DNA of 64,000 nucleotides from Gemmatimonadota bacterium (GTDB taxonomy: Bacteria > Gemmatimonadota > Gemmatimonadetes > Gemmatimonadales > Gemmatimonadaceae): assembly GCA_003134685.1 (NCBI GenBank), contig PLCA01000003.1, positions 559,123-623,122 on the forward strand, given 5' to 3'. Below are positions 25,444 through 35,626 of the stretch, in pieces. The first letter of the stretch is position 1. Every line of letters begins with the position of its first letter. Both the position numbers and the translations under genes were made by a program. The notes below the pieces were generated by a model. That model had not been told where the DNA came from. It made no database searches and worked only from the letters and a program-made list of their open reading frames with translations.

Positions 25444-28122
25444 TTACGCCACAGCAGCGGTGATCGCCCCGAAGTTTTCATTTGTTGGCATCACAAAGAG
25501 ACATGCTCCATTGCTCCTAGATTGCCATACTTTCCCTACCGCCAATTTTTCCTCAGCGCCAGCTAACAGGTGACCGCCCTTATATTCGACGACGAGAACT
25601 CGCCCATCTTCGAGCTGGACTACGAAGTCAGGATAGAACCACGCTTTTGAAGTTTGCATTCGAAACGAAGTATCCCGCTGAGGAAGATTTCTCACCCAGA
25701 ATCGCACCTCAGGCATTTCATCGATGAACCGCGCGCATTTGAATTCCTCGCGAAGGCTGCCGTCCGCGGTGTGTTCGGCAAGATCACCTGGCCTGTTCCC
25801 AAAATAGTGCTTCCTGAACACGAAATCGCCACCATACCACTCGCTCGGTTCGTACCCCATCTTGCGAAAATTCACAGCGCACTCGACAGTAACGGTGAGT
25901 GGTGAATCCGGCAACAGAAACAGCTGAAACGCCGTTCGCTGTTCCGACTCACGGTAAAATCGAATACGTCTTTCCACCTCATCTCGTAAACGGAACCGGT
26001 CTAGAGCGATTGTTCCCACGTCCTGGATTCCGAAACGAGCCATGAGTCCTCGAATAACTTGACGCAAGAACTCGGCGGACTCTGCAATCGGGATGTCTTG
26101 GTGGTCGAGGCGTTGATCCAGCCAAGCGACGAGAGTCTCTATCGTCCAGTCATGCTCGTGGCCGAGGGCGAAGGCGTGTTGATGGAGCATTCCAACGAAG
26201 TCTGTCTCCTGTCTCTCTGGGAGCACTTCCATTTGCATCCCTCCGCCCCTTCCTCCCACATCGATCGTCCCGATTTGCCCAACAGGTCTCCGGACCGGGT
26301 CGTAGCTATCGGGCAGCCCAGCGTCCTTGCTACTCAATCGCCACGGGTGTTCAAGCAGTAAAGTGCTTTCGAACTCGAAAACCTCGTTGGCCTCGCGGAC
26401 GGCGAGACGCGGAACCACAAAGTCCACTCCGCGCTCATAGGGTGAAGGAGCTCTCGGAGCCCCAGTTCCCCCGAAAGCCCTCTCGGTCTCCCGAACCAAC
26501 TGAGCTAGCGCTGAGACCTGGCGTCTCGACTCGTATGAAATGAAAGCGCCTAGTAGCCGTGTTTCGTCGCTGTCCGTTAGGGGGACGAGAACCGTTACTT
26601 CACCCGTAGAGACGTCTATTCTGGCCTTACCTTCCAGAGCGGAGGACTGCGCAATTGCCACACTCGAATCAATTTCCGCCGGGTCGACACGCATCGTTTG
26701 AGGCTGCGAGCCAAGCGGGAGTGTTGTTTGTGCGACAGGAAAAATAATTCGCTCTGCTTCGGCCGAGGTAAATCCATTACCAATGAGGGCAGCGCGCAAA
26801 TCGGCCAGGATTTCTGTAATTGACGGTGATACTGCTAGCGCATACGCGCAATTGAGATCCGGGTGCTGCTTAGCTGTCGCTCCCGGCAGTCGAAGGATGC
26901 GACCAATAATTTGCTCTAGAGCTGTCGCCGAGCGTGTCTCGCGGAGATTGCAAAGCACGTAAGCAAAAGGACAGTCCCATCCTTCGCGTAGCTTCACGAC
27001 GGTAATGATGATTCGCACTCCGCACGCAGCTCCCGAAATGTCTCCCAAGTCTTTCAACTCATCTAATGAACCGACTGAAATCTTGATTTGGTCGAACGGT
27101 ATACCGAACTCCCTGACGAGTTGCTCGCGCAGAGGCTCACACGCGTCTACCCGCTCGGCTTGGATCAAGAGAATCGGCCGCAAATATTCGCCTGTTCGCT
27201 GGCCTTCTGATATCGCTAGTCGCTCGAGATCGGACCGGAGGGCAATACTTTCTGCGAGGAGTTGAGGCCGCTGGCTCGGATGACGCGTCACAACTCGAAG
27301 CGGAAGCTTAATCATATCTGCGACCTTCAATTCCGCCGCTGAAACCCGATGAAGTACGTTGGAAGGCGTTTCGCCTTGCAGAACCGGGGTCGCAGTGAAC
27401 TCGATGACGCACGCGGGAAGGATGTTCCCGAGTGTTGCGAATGACAGTTCCGTTCGCGCATTATGCGCCTCGTCGACGATTACGATTGGTCGCCGAATGC
27501 GGAGCATGTTTACGAGTGAGGGGACGGGTCGTGCATCGGGCCCGAGGAGAAGATCGTGGATACGGACGGCTGGGACATGAAGCAAGTGTTCCAAGAACGC
27601 GCTGTTTTGTTCATACACTTTCCGTCCGGCCGTGTCTTCGACTCTGAAAGATTGGATTGTCGCCACGATTACAACCGTCTGCGCCTCTACAGCTGCGAGC
27701 GACAGCTGCAGTGCTTCCTCGACGGTAATTACATCCACCGCCCCACACGACATTTCGAGAGCGCGTCGATATGGATGGCTTGGGTCCCGGAGCGCGTTGA
27801 CGGTTTGATCTAAAATCGTATTACTTGGAACTAGCCAGAGAATCACTGCGCGCTCGGCGTGTATTAGATGAGTCATCGCCAATCCAGAGGCGTAACAGGC
27901 CAAGAGAGTTTTGCCACCGCCGGTAGGAACACGCAGGCAGACGTATGGCATGTGGTCCGCAAGTCCTTCTACTTGCACTGGGTGATAAGAGCTGAGTGAG
28001 CCGCCGTTGCTTTCCTGTATTCTCTGATACGCAAGGTTTGGTTGTCCCTCCTGCGAACAGAGAATGAAGAATTCGCGGAGCGTATCTAGAACTCGGACTT
28101 GGTAGTCTTTTAGCGTGATCAC
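25444..28122 (-). CDS. res: Type III restriction enzyme, Res subunit
   Basis: VPTGGGKT, DEAH, LREGWDCP, EQIIGRILR, C-terminal YPDF...VVEYKG; GTGA overlap with mod. Confidence 0.9.
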   Translation of the reverse strand: MITLKDYQVRVLDTLREFFILCSQEGQPNLAYQRIQESNGGSLSSYHPVQVEGLADHMPYVCLRVPTGGGKTLLACYASGLAMTHLIHAERAVILWLVPSNTILDQTVNALRDPSHPYRRALEMSCGAVDVITVEEALQLSLAAVEAQTVVIVATIQSFRVEDTAGRKVYEQNSAFLEHLLHVPAVRIHDLLLGPDARPVPSLVNMLRIRRPIVIVDEAHNARTELSFATLGNILPACVIEFTATPVLQGETPSNVLHRVSAAELKVADMIKLPLRVVTRHPSQRPQLLAESIALRSDLERLAISEGQRTGEYLRPILLIQAERVDACEPLREQLVREFGIPFDQIKISVGSLDELKDLGDISGAACGVRIIITVVKLREGWDCPFAYVLCNLRETRSATALEQIIGRILRLPGATAKQHPDLNCAYALAVSPSITEILADLRAALIGNGFTSAEAERIIFPVAQTTLPLGSQPQTMRVDPAEIDSSVAIAQSSALEGKARIDVSTGEVTVLVPLTDSDETRLLGAFISYESRRQVSALAQLVRETERAFGGTGAPRAPSPYERGVDFVVPRLAVREANEVFEFESTLLLEHPWRLSSKDAGLPDSYDPVRRPVGQIGTIDVGGRGGGMQMEVLPERQETDFVGMLHQHAFALGHEHDWTIETLVAWLDQRLDHQDIPIAESAEFLRQVIRGLMARFGIQDVGTIALDRFRLRDEVERRIRFYRESEQRTAFQLFLLPDSPLTVTVECAVNFRKMGYEPSEWYGGDFVFRKHYFGNRPGDLAEHTADGSLREEFKCARFIDEMPEVRFWVRNLPQRDTSFRMQTSKAWFYPDFVVQLEDGRVLVVEYKGGHLLAGAEEKLAVGKVWQSRSNGACLFVMPTNENFGAITAAVA

Positions 28123-29834
28123 CGGCTGCGAACGGCCCAAGGAGTTTGTCGAACCGTAACGCGCTCCGATCGCAAACGATCAGGTCCAAGTCGATGGCCG
28201 GAGCAGTAAATCACTTTAGGACCGTCAAAGGGGGGAAGCTCGGCCAGAACCCCGCGCGTCAGGACATTGCCTCCGCCGACACTCCTGTCACCAAGGATAC
28301 CGTTGTAGAGGAGATAGAGGCCGATTCCACGGTAGTCGCCCAAGAATGGAGAGGAGAGAACACGAGCGGGAGGAAGCGGCTCCCCCGTCTCGGTGAAGTA
28401 AACGTGGCGAGCGAGGTCAGAAAAACTTACTGTCGCTCTTAACTGGCCAGACTCGTCTGTGAGCCGCTCCCCCAGCTCACAGAATCGAAACCCTCCGCCG
28501 AGACCTTCCACGAAATTGCCGCTAGCATTCGTGTACCCGTCCGAAACACGTCGGACCCGTTCGGCCGTAATCGTCCTGGCAATCGAGGGCTTCATTTCGA
28601 CAAGAATGAATCGTCTTCGCTGACCGTCGGCATGATTCAGCTTGAGGACCGCGTGACCGGTGGTCCCGGACCCTGCAAATGAATCAAGAACTAAATCGTT
28701 GCCAGTCGTGGTGAAGCTAAGAAGCTCTTCAATGAGCGCGGTTGGTTTGGGAAAGTCAAACGGGCGGTTGTCGCCCGGGAAAATCTGCTTGATTTCGTTC
28801 GTTCCGATTCTCCCGTCGAGCTCAAAGAGGCTAGACAGCTTCGCGCGATAATCTGTCACGTACACCTTCAATTCCACGAGCTTGGACTCATCCTCTCCAA
28901 ATAGAATTTGGCCTTCGTCTAGAAGGCGCCTCATAGTTTCCTCCGGGAATCGATAGCCCATCAATGGCTGAGTACAAGGCCGCCTGGTCACGGGATGGAT
29001 CACATCGTAGCGGTAGCCCTCCTTCCCCGGGTTATGGACGCTCTGACTTCCCGTATAGATGCCGCCCTTATCGATGTATTTGTATCTATCAAAAGGCCAG
29101 AGTTGAGTCTTGTTTTTCCTAAACCACACGCTGTAGGCGGCCTGCAACTCAAGCGCATCATCGTACTTTTCTACAAACTCGGCGCCGACTTGAAGCAGCT
29201 TGTCCTTCACTGCTAAGTTCGTCGCCTTCCACTCGGGCGCTAAATCAGTCTTGTTGTTTGCATAGCAGAGCACGTATTCGTGCTCCGCCGCAATTTGGGT
29301 GGGATTGTTATCGGTTACGTTTTTCCAAATAATTGTTCCGACACGATTCCTCACACCGAAGATTTCATCAAACAGAAGGCGCAAGCTGGCGATTTCTATC
29401 TCGTCTATGCTGGCGAAGACTACGCCGTCCTCACGCAAAAACTGCCGGAGCAATGACAGGCGGGGGTACATCATGCAAAGCCACTTGTCGTGCCTAGAGA
29501 GATCCTCGACCTCTGGGCCCACAACGCGGCCGAGCCATTCGCGAATCTCCGGACTGTCGACATTGTCGCTGAAAGTCCAACCCGCGCGTTTCCCAGTCTC
29601 ATCACGCTCGTCCGTACCCGTATTGTATGGCGGATCGATGTAAATGCACTTCACTTGTCCGGCGTAGTATGGGAGCAGCGCCTTCAGGGCAAGTAGGTTG
29701 TCCCCTTGAATGATTAGGTTTCCATCTCCCGAATCAGTCGATCCAAGAGCTGGAATGTCCTTTAGCAAATGAAACGGAACTTTCTGGTGGTGAGTGGCTA
29801 CCGCCTCCTTGCCAATCCAATCGAGTGTCGGCAA
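28119..29834 (-). CDS. mod: Type III R-M N6-adenine methyltransferase, Mod subunit
   Basis: MPTLDWIGK start (TTG), IIQGDNL.AL, IYIDPPYNTG, FPKP, DSFAGSGTT. Confidence 0.92.
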   Translation of the reverse strand: MPTLDWIGKEAVATHHQKVPFHLLKDIPALGSTDSGDGNLIIQGDNLLALKALLPYYAGQVKCIYIDPPYNTGTDERDETGKRAGWTFSDNVDSPEIREWLGRVVGPEVEDLSRHDKWLCMMYPRLSLLRQFLREDGVVFASIDEIEIASLRLLFDEIFGVRNRVGTIIWKNVTDNNPTQIAAEHEYVLCYANNKTDLAPEWKATNLAVKDKLLQVGAEFVEKYDDALELQAAYSVWFRKNKTQLWPFDRYKYIDKGGIYTGSQSVHNPGKEGYRYDVIHPVTRRPCTQPLMGYRFPEETMRRLLDEGQILFGEDESKLVELKVYVTDYRAKLSSLFELDGRIGTNEIKQIFPGDNRPFDFPKPTALIEELLSFTTTGNDLVLDSFAGSGTTGHAVLKLNHADGQRRRFILVEMKPSIARTITAERVRRVSDGYTNASGNFVEGLGGGFRFCELGERLTDESGQLRATVSFSDLARHVYFTETGEPLPPARVLSSPFLGDYRGIGLYLLYNGILGDRSVGGGNVLTRGVLAELPPFDGPKVIYCSGHRLGPDRLRSERVTVRQTPWAVRSR

Positions 29835-30091
29835 TAACGCCTCAAGAATTTGGTGTAGTGAGCAAAAGAGTTGCTCATTGGCTAGGTGCGCGAGAGCCAG
29901 ACCGGCAATTAGGCCGAACGCAACGGGACCCGTCAAGTGCAGAACAATTCATCCTAAAAAGAAGTCTAAACGGTCGATCCTTCTCGGGTGCCTCACCGAT
30001 GGGAGAGATCGGACATTCCGAGCCGGCCCTCGAGATGCGGCCAGCCCCATCCAGAAAATTGGCAAACCTTCCTGACAGCGACCGGAAAGCA

Positions 30092-30124
30092 AATCCTCGA
30101 TAACAACTTGTGTTATCGAGGATT
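30092..30124. terminator. Perfect 14-bp inverted repeat just downstream of the tRNA
   Basis: AATCCTCGATAACA-ACTTG-TGTTATCGAGGATT. Confidence 0.6.
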
Positions 30125-30135
30125 GGTTACATCAG

Positions 30136-30208
30136 TTGCCCCTCCTAGGCTCGAACTAGGACTCTTCTGATCCAGAATCAGACGTGTTGCCAGTTACACC
30201 AAGGGGCA
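30136..30208 (-). tRNA. tRNA-Gln(CUG), CCA not encoded
   Basis: Cloverleaf: acceptor TGCCCCT/AGGGGCA, D stem GTGT/ACAC, anticodon stem TCTGA/TCAGA with loop TTCTGGA, T arm CCTAG-TTCGAGC-CTAGG. Confidence 0.97.
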
Positions 30209-30246
30209 GAACTTAGATTTTTCCGCCGAAGTGGGCGGGGACCTTC

Positions 30247-30275
30247 AATCTAAAACCCTGAAGGCCCCGCTTCAA
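30247..30275 (-). promoter_or_regulatory. Sigma70-type promoter of tRNA-Gln
   Basis: TTGAAG-N17-TAGATT followed by a GC-rich discriminator. Confidence 0.6.
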
Positions 30276-30318
30276 TGCGCGCCTTGACAGCCCCCGCGAA
30301 TCAGGGATAAGACCAAGA

Positions 30319-32178
30319 ATGGCCCCCCACACCCTCTCCAAGTCCGATTTCAAGCTTGCCCGCACCTGCGACGCAAAGCTTTTCTTCCGCGAAAACGGCT
30401 ATCCCGACAACCGGGACATGAACCCCTACCTCGCCCTGCTGGCCGAGGGTGGCTACATGGTCGAGGCCCTCGCCAAGGCGAAATACGTCGATGGCGTGCA
30501 GCTCGAGTACGGCCGGGGCGTGGTCGACGACTACCAACGCACGATCGACCAGCTCGGTCGTGACCAGGTCACGCTGTTCGAAGCGACGTTGCTCGTCGGC
30601 CGCCAACAGGCTCGCGTCGACATTCTCGAGAAGAAAGGAAATACCGTCCGCCTCCTCGAGGTAAAGGCCAAGTCCTTCGACGGCGCCGAACACGCGGCGT
30701 CCCTGTCCGAAGGGAGAGCCGGCGCGCTCCGCGGCAAGAAGAAACCCTACAAGATTTTCTCCGAATGGGTGGAGAAGCTCGAAGACATCACGTTCCAGGT
30801 TCTCCTGCTGGAGAAGGTGCTGCCTGGCGTCACCATCAAGCCCTTTCTCGTCCTCGTCGATACGAGCAAGAATGCCCTCATCGACAATATCCCGAGCCTT
30901 TTCGAGCTCGTGCGCCGCACTTCGGCCGACGGATCCACCCGACTTCTCACCGCTCGCTACACCGGGTCGCCTGAACAGCTCGCGCATCTCGACCTCGTGA
31001 CCGAAGTAGACGTCTCCGCCGAAGTCGCGATGCTTCGCGACGATGTCGCCGAGGCCGCGGCGATCTACGAATCACGCCTCGATTCGCCACTGTCCGTTCA
31101 TTCCGTCGGCATCGAGCGCAGGTCCAAGTGCGGGGCCTGCGAGTTCCGCGTCGACGAAAGCGCCGAGAAGAGCGGCTTCGATGAATGTTGGGGCGCGCTC
31201 GCCACGCCGAGGCCGCATATGCTCGAGCTCTTCTCGATCGGCACGTGCAAGGCACCCGACCGTTCCTCGCTTGTGGACTGGATGGTCGGCCAGCAGAAGG
31301 CGTCGCTGTTCGACATCCCCGAAGACTGCCTCGTCAAGGCGGACGGAAGGATTGGCTCCAACGCCGAGCGGCAGCGCCGGCAAATCGAATTCACTCGGCG
31401 CGGTGACGTTTTTCTCTCGACGGACTTGCGCGGCAAGGTCGAGGCGCTTCACGGACCTATGTATTTCATCGACTTTGAGACCTCGCGACTCGCGCTGCCC
31501 TACCACGCAGGAATGCGCTCCTATGGCCTCGTCACATTCCAGTGGAGCTGCCACACCGTCGCATCACTCGGCGACAAGCCGACGCACGCCGAGTGGTTGA
31601 ACAAGACCGACGTGTGGCCCAACAGGGCGTTCGCCGAGTCGCTGCGCGAGGCGATTGGGGACAGTGGGCAGGTGCTCACCTGGTCGCACTTCGAGGGGAC
31701 GACGCTCAAACAGATCATCGCCGATCTCGATAAGTTCGGTCACGTCGTCCCGGAGCTCGTCGACTGGATGACCGATGTCTTCGAGAATCGTATCGTCGAC
31801 CTGCACAACTGGGCGAAGTACGACTTCTACCATCCCGGAATGCGTGGTCGCACGTCGATCAAAGTTGTTCTCGATGCGCTGTGGAAGTCAGATGCTCCAA
31901 TGCGCAAGCAGTTCGAGGCGTGGACGGGGATGGTCGCGGATGAGTCACGCGATCCTTACGCTTCCCTTCCCCCTGTAGAGATCAGTGGCGTTTTCCAGGA
32001 CGTCCACGAGGGAACCGGCGCGATGCGCGCTTATCAGGAAATGATGTACGGCGTCGACAAGAACGATCCGGCGAAAAAAGACATGTGGGCCGGATTGCTC
32101 CAGCGATACTGCGAGCTAGATACGCTCAGTATGGTGCTGATCCTCGAGCACTGGCGGCGGTGCGTCGGGCTCGCATGA
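30319..32178 (+). CDS. DUF2779 domain protein (RecB/Cas4-like N-terminus plus RNase H-like domain)
   Basis: LSKSDFK..RTC, ARVDILEK..LLEVKAK, YFIDFET, FQWSCH, YCELDT. Confidence 0.85.
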   Translation: MAPHTLSKSDFKLARTCDAKLFFRENGYPDNRDMNPYLALLAEGGYMVEALAKAKYVDGVQLEYGRGVVDDYQRTIDQLGRDQVTLFEATLLVGRQQARVDILEKKGNTVRLLEVKAKSFDGAEHAASLSEGRAGALRGKKKPYKIFSEWVEKLEDITFQVLLLEKVLPGVTIKPFLVLVDTSKNALIDNIPSLFELVRRTSADGSTRLLTARYTGSPEQLAHLDLVTEVDVSAEVAMLRDDVAEAAAIYESRLDSPLSVHSVGIERRSKCGACEFRVDESAEKSGFDECWGALATPRPHMLELFSIGTCKAPDRSSLVDWMVGQQKASLFDIPEDCLVKADGRIGSNAERQRRQIEFTRRGDVFLSTDLRGKVEALHGPMYFIDFETSRLALPYHAGMRSYGLVTFQWSCHTVASLGDKPTHAEWLNKTDVWPNRAFAESLREAIGDSGQVLTWSHFEGTTLKQIIADLDKFGHVVPELVDWMTDVFENRIVDLHNWAKYDFYHPGMRGRTSIKVVLDALWKSDAPMRKQFEAWTGMVADESRDPYASLPPVEISGVFQDVHEGTGAMRAYQEMMYGVDKNDPAKKDMWAGLLQRYCELDTLSMVLILEHWRRCVGLA

Positions 32179-32232
32179 CGTTGCGGGGTTTCGCAGAGCT
32201 TGAGCGGGTTCAGTGATCCACGGCCTAGCTGC

Positions 32233-32853
32233 TCACTTAATCCCGCAGTACACCTTACCCTTGGCCTCGATTGAATTGTTAAGATCTTGCGCCAATCGCT
32301 GACCTGCCTTTAGTTCGACCGGTGCCCACCACTGATACTCGGTATTCCCAATTGTCCACTCCCCGAATACGATGTACCTCCCCGCGTCGATATTCGAGAA
32401 TGAGTAATGCGCGTTCATCCCGGTTTCTGAGTGGCCGACTGCAGATTGCGCTAAGGCAAAAACTACTGCACTAAGTGTTGCAACGGTCTCGTTCGCAAGA
32501 CTATCGTGCACGGCCTTCGCCTCCGTGCGCAATCGCTCCTTCCGAACATCGAGAACGGCATCCATATACGCCTTGTATAGCGAGTCCTCCCGCGCTTTGA
32601 GCTCCTTCGAGAGACTATCGTGAGAGAAGCAAACCCGATCTAGTTTCTTCCGCAGTTGCTCTCCATCTCGCAATAGACTAATGGTAAGTCCCGCCCCTTT
32701 TTTTGTGTCCCCGCTCTGCATCATCAGATACACATCGCCTTCTATGAACGCCTTTCGCGCTGCAGCTCGCCTCGGTTTGCCCGACTGGCCGGCGAGGCTT
32801 GACGCGGAGGTAATTGCAATAAAGCCGAGCAGGAAGATGGCACGATTAGTCAT
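32233..32853 (-). CDS. Secreted hypothetical protein
   Basis: Signal peptide (AIFLLGFIAITSASSLAG); beta-rich ends around a helical insert. Confidence 0.65.
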   Translation of the reverse strand: MTNRAIFLLGFIAITSASSLAGQSGKPRRAAARKAFIEGDVYLMMQSGDTKKGAGLTISLLRDGEQLRKKLDRVCFSHDSLSKELKAREDSLYKAYMDAVLDVRKERLRTEAKAVHDSLANETVATLSAVVFALAQSAVGHSETGMNAHYSFSNIDAGRYIVFGEWTIGNTEYQWWAPVELKAGQRLAQDLNNSIEAKGKVYCGIK

Positions 32854-32967
32854 AGATTAGGGCCCTTTTGCGGAAGTCAAAGCTTACCCACAAACCGCCA
32901 ACCACGTGGTTTGGCGATCTATCACGAGGATGCATCTTCAGCCCGACTCTCTCCGCATCATGTCGGT

Positions 32968-33067
32968 TTAGTTCCATCTAAAGGAGCTACGGGCGCGCCA
33001 GTATTCCGCAGGGTTGATCGAAACCGAACGAAGCTTCTCCTCCAGTTCGGGATCGTAGGCAAGTTCC
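32968..33067 (-). pseudogene. Displaced 3' end of an aldo/keto reductase allele
   Basis: 89 of 100 nt identical to 35627..35726; reads ELAYDPELEEKLRSVSINPAEYWRARSSFRWN*. Confidence 0.8.
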
Positions 33068-33086
33068 CGCGGCTGGTTCCATAGCC

Positions 33087-33599
33087 TTAGCGAATCTGTA
33101 AGCGGAGCATCAACCTTTTCTTTGAACTTCTCCCAAATGTAAGACTATACTTGGGGGACTTTTTTTTGTTGTTGAACTCCGGCAAGACACCGAATTTCTC
33201 CACATATTGAGCAAGACATGAGTATTCAAACTTGACGACCTCGCCCATCTGTCGGAGGTCTTCAGGGAGATTCGACACCGGGTCACATCTGAAAGGCGCA
33301 ACGGCTACGTAAAGCCTGTTCACGAGGCCCTTGTAGTTTGGAAATTTGTATCGAACTCTATCGGCCCCCCCGTGCCCGCTCTTTCCAATAATCGTGTTGT
33401 CAAATTGCCTCAGCCGACTTTTCAGCCCGGAGGCGGCATTTGTCATCCCGACGTAGATGACTTCTTTCCGCCATGAAAACGGGCGGCCAGACAAAGTGAG
33501 CGCCGTGCGAGCAAGGACATACACTCCGGGAAACTCAAGCGCATCAAGCTCGTGGCGACGTCGCCACGACTGCCACTGGGAGAACTTATTCTCATACAT
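33087..33599 (-). CDS. Stand-alone GIY-YIG family nuclease
   Basis: PGVY...IYVGMT..LKSRLRQF...FEY...LPEFN. Confidence 0.7.
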   Translation of the reverse strand: MYENKFSQWQSWRRRHELDALEFPGVYVLARTALTLSGRPFSWRKEVIYVGMTNAASGLKSRLRQFDNTIIGKSGHGGADRVRYKFPNYKGLVNRLYVAVAPFRCDPVSNLPEDLRQMGEVVKFEYSCLAQYVEKFGVLPEFNNKKKSPKYSLTFGRSSKKRLMLRLQIR

Positions 33600-33780
33600 T
33601 TCAGACGGTACCTCTTGAGGGAGACGTAGTTCGTCTCGCGTGAAACTGGCAATGCCAGCTCTCTGGAGCAAAATGCCGGAGTTGAGGCGACGCAAACGGC
33701 GTGCTGAAAATGACAATTGCTTCCCGTCGCGGAAGGCGAGACCGTCAGTTCCCCAGCTCACCAATCTGAGCATGCACGGC

Positions 33781-34419
33781 ATGTCTTCTGGAAACGCAAC
33801 CATTCTGGCTCTGGCGATCGTCGGTTCATTGGCCGCGTGTCACCATCACTACAGATATCCGCCTGCTCCTCCGCCGCGACCACCGATTGTCTGCCCAGGC
33901 ATTGTCACTTCCGGGCCAAGTGCTCTGTCTGCCGCTCCCGCGGTCATCGCAAAGGCGCTGACCGGAGTTTACGATCGCGGTGAGCAGGATATCATGCTTC
34001 GCATTGAGTCGAAGCTGCCCGGGTTCGGGGGTTGGTTTCTCGCCGCCGATACCTTCAACGTCTACATGAAACTGCCCTCGCCCGCATCACCCGAGGAGAT
34101 TCATCGGATTTTTTACGATACCTATTCCGGACGCTCGGAAGAATTCGTCCGGCGTCTTATCGCTATGGGTCCGCGAATCAAAATCATTCCGGGACGTTAC
34201 AGCCTCTCAGAGCTGATTGCCATCGAGCACTTGGTGACCCAGCCCAGCAAGCGCATCCCTGGCTTGAGTGGTACCGGCACATCGCTCCTGCACAATCGCG
34301 TGGTCGTTGGATTCACCGATAGTGCGAGCGTGTGTCCGGGAGCAGCTGCGATCGCCTCTATGGGCATACCACTGGATGCGATCGAGCTCGAGGTGTGGGG
34401 AATCATACGGGCGCTCTGA
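33781..34419 (+). CDS. Hypothetical lipoprotein
   Basis: GSLAAC lipobox, Pro-rich linker; start uncertain (33772 or 33781). Confidence 0.6.
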   Translation: MSSGNATILALAIVGSLAACHHHYRYPPAPPPRPPIVCPGIVTSGPSALSAAPAVIAKALTGVYDRGEQDIMLRIESKLPGFGGWFLAADTFNVYMKLPSPASPEEIHRIFYDTYSGRSEEFVRRLIAMGPRIKIIPGRYSLSELIAIEHLVTQPSKRIPGLSGTGTSLLHNRVVVGFTDSASVCPGAAAIASMGIPLDAIELEVWGIIRAL

Positions 34420-34517
34420 GATTCACCGCGCGAGGAACCTCTACGACATGGAAAGGAATATCAAAGAGAACCTTGAGTACCTCGACTGACAGAAGCATTG
34501 ATCATCCGGTTCAGGCT

Positions 34518-35537
34518 TCACTGCTTGCTCTGGGTCAACACCTCGCGAATGGCTTCGGTCACGACATCCGGCTGATCGAACTGAATGTATTCCGAGCTAT
34601 GGTCGGCGATTACCAGTTTCGCGTTTGAGGATAATTGGAGCCACTTGTCCTGAGCCAGCGCGACCTCGTGCTCGTACTTGATCTCCTCTGGCGATAGCGT
34701 GTGAAGCGAGCCAACGCCATGGTTGCCGCTGGTGAGCACGCGTATGGGGCGGGAGCCCAACGACTGGCGATGCTGCTGAAGGTAGACCTCATCCCCCGGG
34801 AACTCCTCCATTTCGGAGATGTAGGCGTCGTACATCGCGACCTTGGTTTGCGCGAGTTGCAATAGCTTCGCGTTCAATGCCGGTGACCACGCTGCCTCCG
34901 GCAAACCGCGGAAGAACTGCTGGGCGCAGGTGCGAGGCGGCCGGTCAGGACGCGCTGGCAAGAGCGGTAGCGGCTTGCCCTCGGCGATGGAATCGCGGCA
35001 CTCGCGCAATTTGACAAGGAAGTTTTTCTGCGTTAGATGCTCCCCTTCGCGCATCTCGCTCGGCTCCAAATCACTGGGGTCAGCCTCGACCAGCACGAGC
35101 CCCGCAACCTCCGGCATGTACCGGTCTGCAAATGCGCGGACGTTGTCTCCTCCAAAAGCGTGGCCGACCAGAATAAAAGGGCCACTGACACCGGCGGAGT
35201 GGAGCGCCGTGTGCAACTCGTCGGCGATTTGCACGCTCGTCCGCGGCATCGGACCCGCTTCGCTGAACCCTGCGCCGGCACGATCGTAAGCGCATGCGCG
35301 TGTAAAGGCCGCCACGCGCGGCTGCACGATCGCCCACGCCGGCGACCAGTCTTCCCAACCGGAGTCGAACACGACGGTCGGCGAGCCGCTTCCCATGCAA
35401 TAGAGATTCAGGCGGTGCGCACCCGCCGAGGCGAGCCGTCCGGGCCGGGCGTAGACCGTGTCGGTTTGGGCGCCGCTCACGGCACTCTGCGCCACGAGAA
35501 GCAGGCACGCGGTAAGTGCAAGCGAAAACGGTTTCAT
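34518..35537 (-). CDS. Secreted alpha/beta hydrolase-fold protein lacking the canonical Ser and His
   Basis: GSPTVVFDSG, YDRAGAGFSE; GHAFGG at the nucleophile elbow; SSEYIQFDQP where GHxI is usual. Confidence 0.85.
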   Translation of the reverse strand: MKPFSLALTACLLLVAQSAVSGAQTDTVYARPGRLASAGAHRLNLYCMGSGSPTVVFDSGWEDWSPAWAIVQPRVAAFTRACAYDRAGAGFSEAGPMPRTSVQIADELHTALHSAGVSGPFILVGHAFGGDNVRAFADRYMPEVAGLVLVEADPSDLEPSEMREGEHLTQKNFLVKLRECRDSIAEGKPLPLLPARPDRPPRTCAQQFFRGLPEAAWSPALNAKLLQLAQTKVAMYDAYISEMEEFPGDEVYLQQHRQSLGSRPIRVLTSGNHGVGSLHTLSPEEIKYEHEVALAQDKWLQLSSNAKLVIADHSSEYIQFDQPDVVTEAIREVLTQSKQ

Positions 35538-35626
35538 CAAGAGTCTCTCAAGAAGCAACAATACTCTTCCAATCCTCTCCATAATGGTCCTCCTCCATAA
35601 TGGTCCTGCGGTTATTGATTAAGACG

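Noticed and set aside
18000-30135. attL/attR duplicate of the tRNA-Gln 3' end
   Set aside because: No copy of TGCCCCTCCTAGG was seen by eye; a computational search would be needed to exclude a degenerate one
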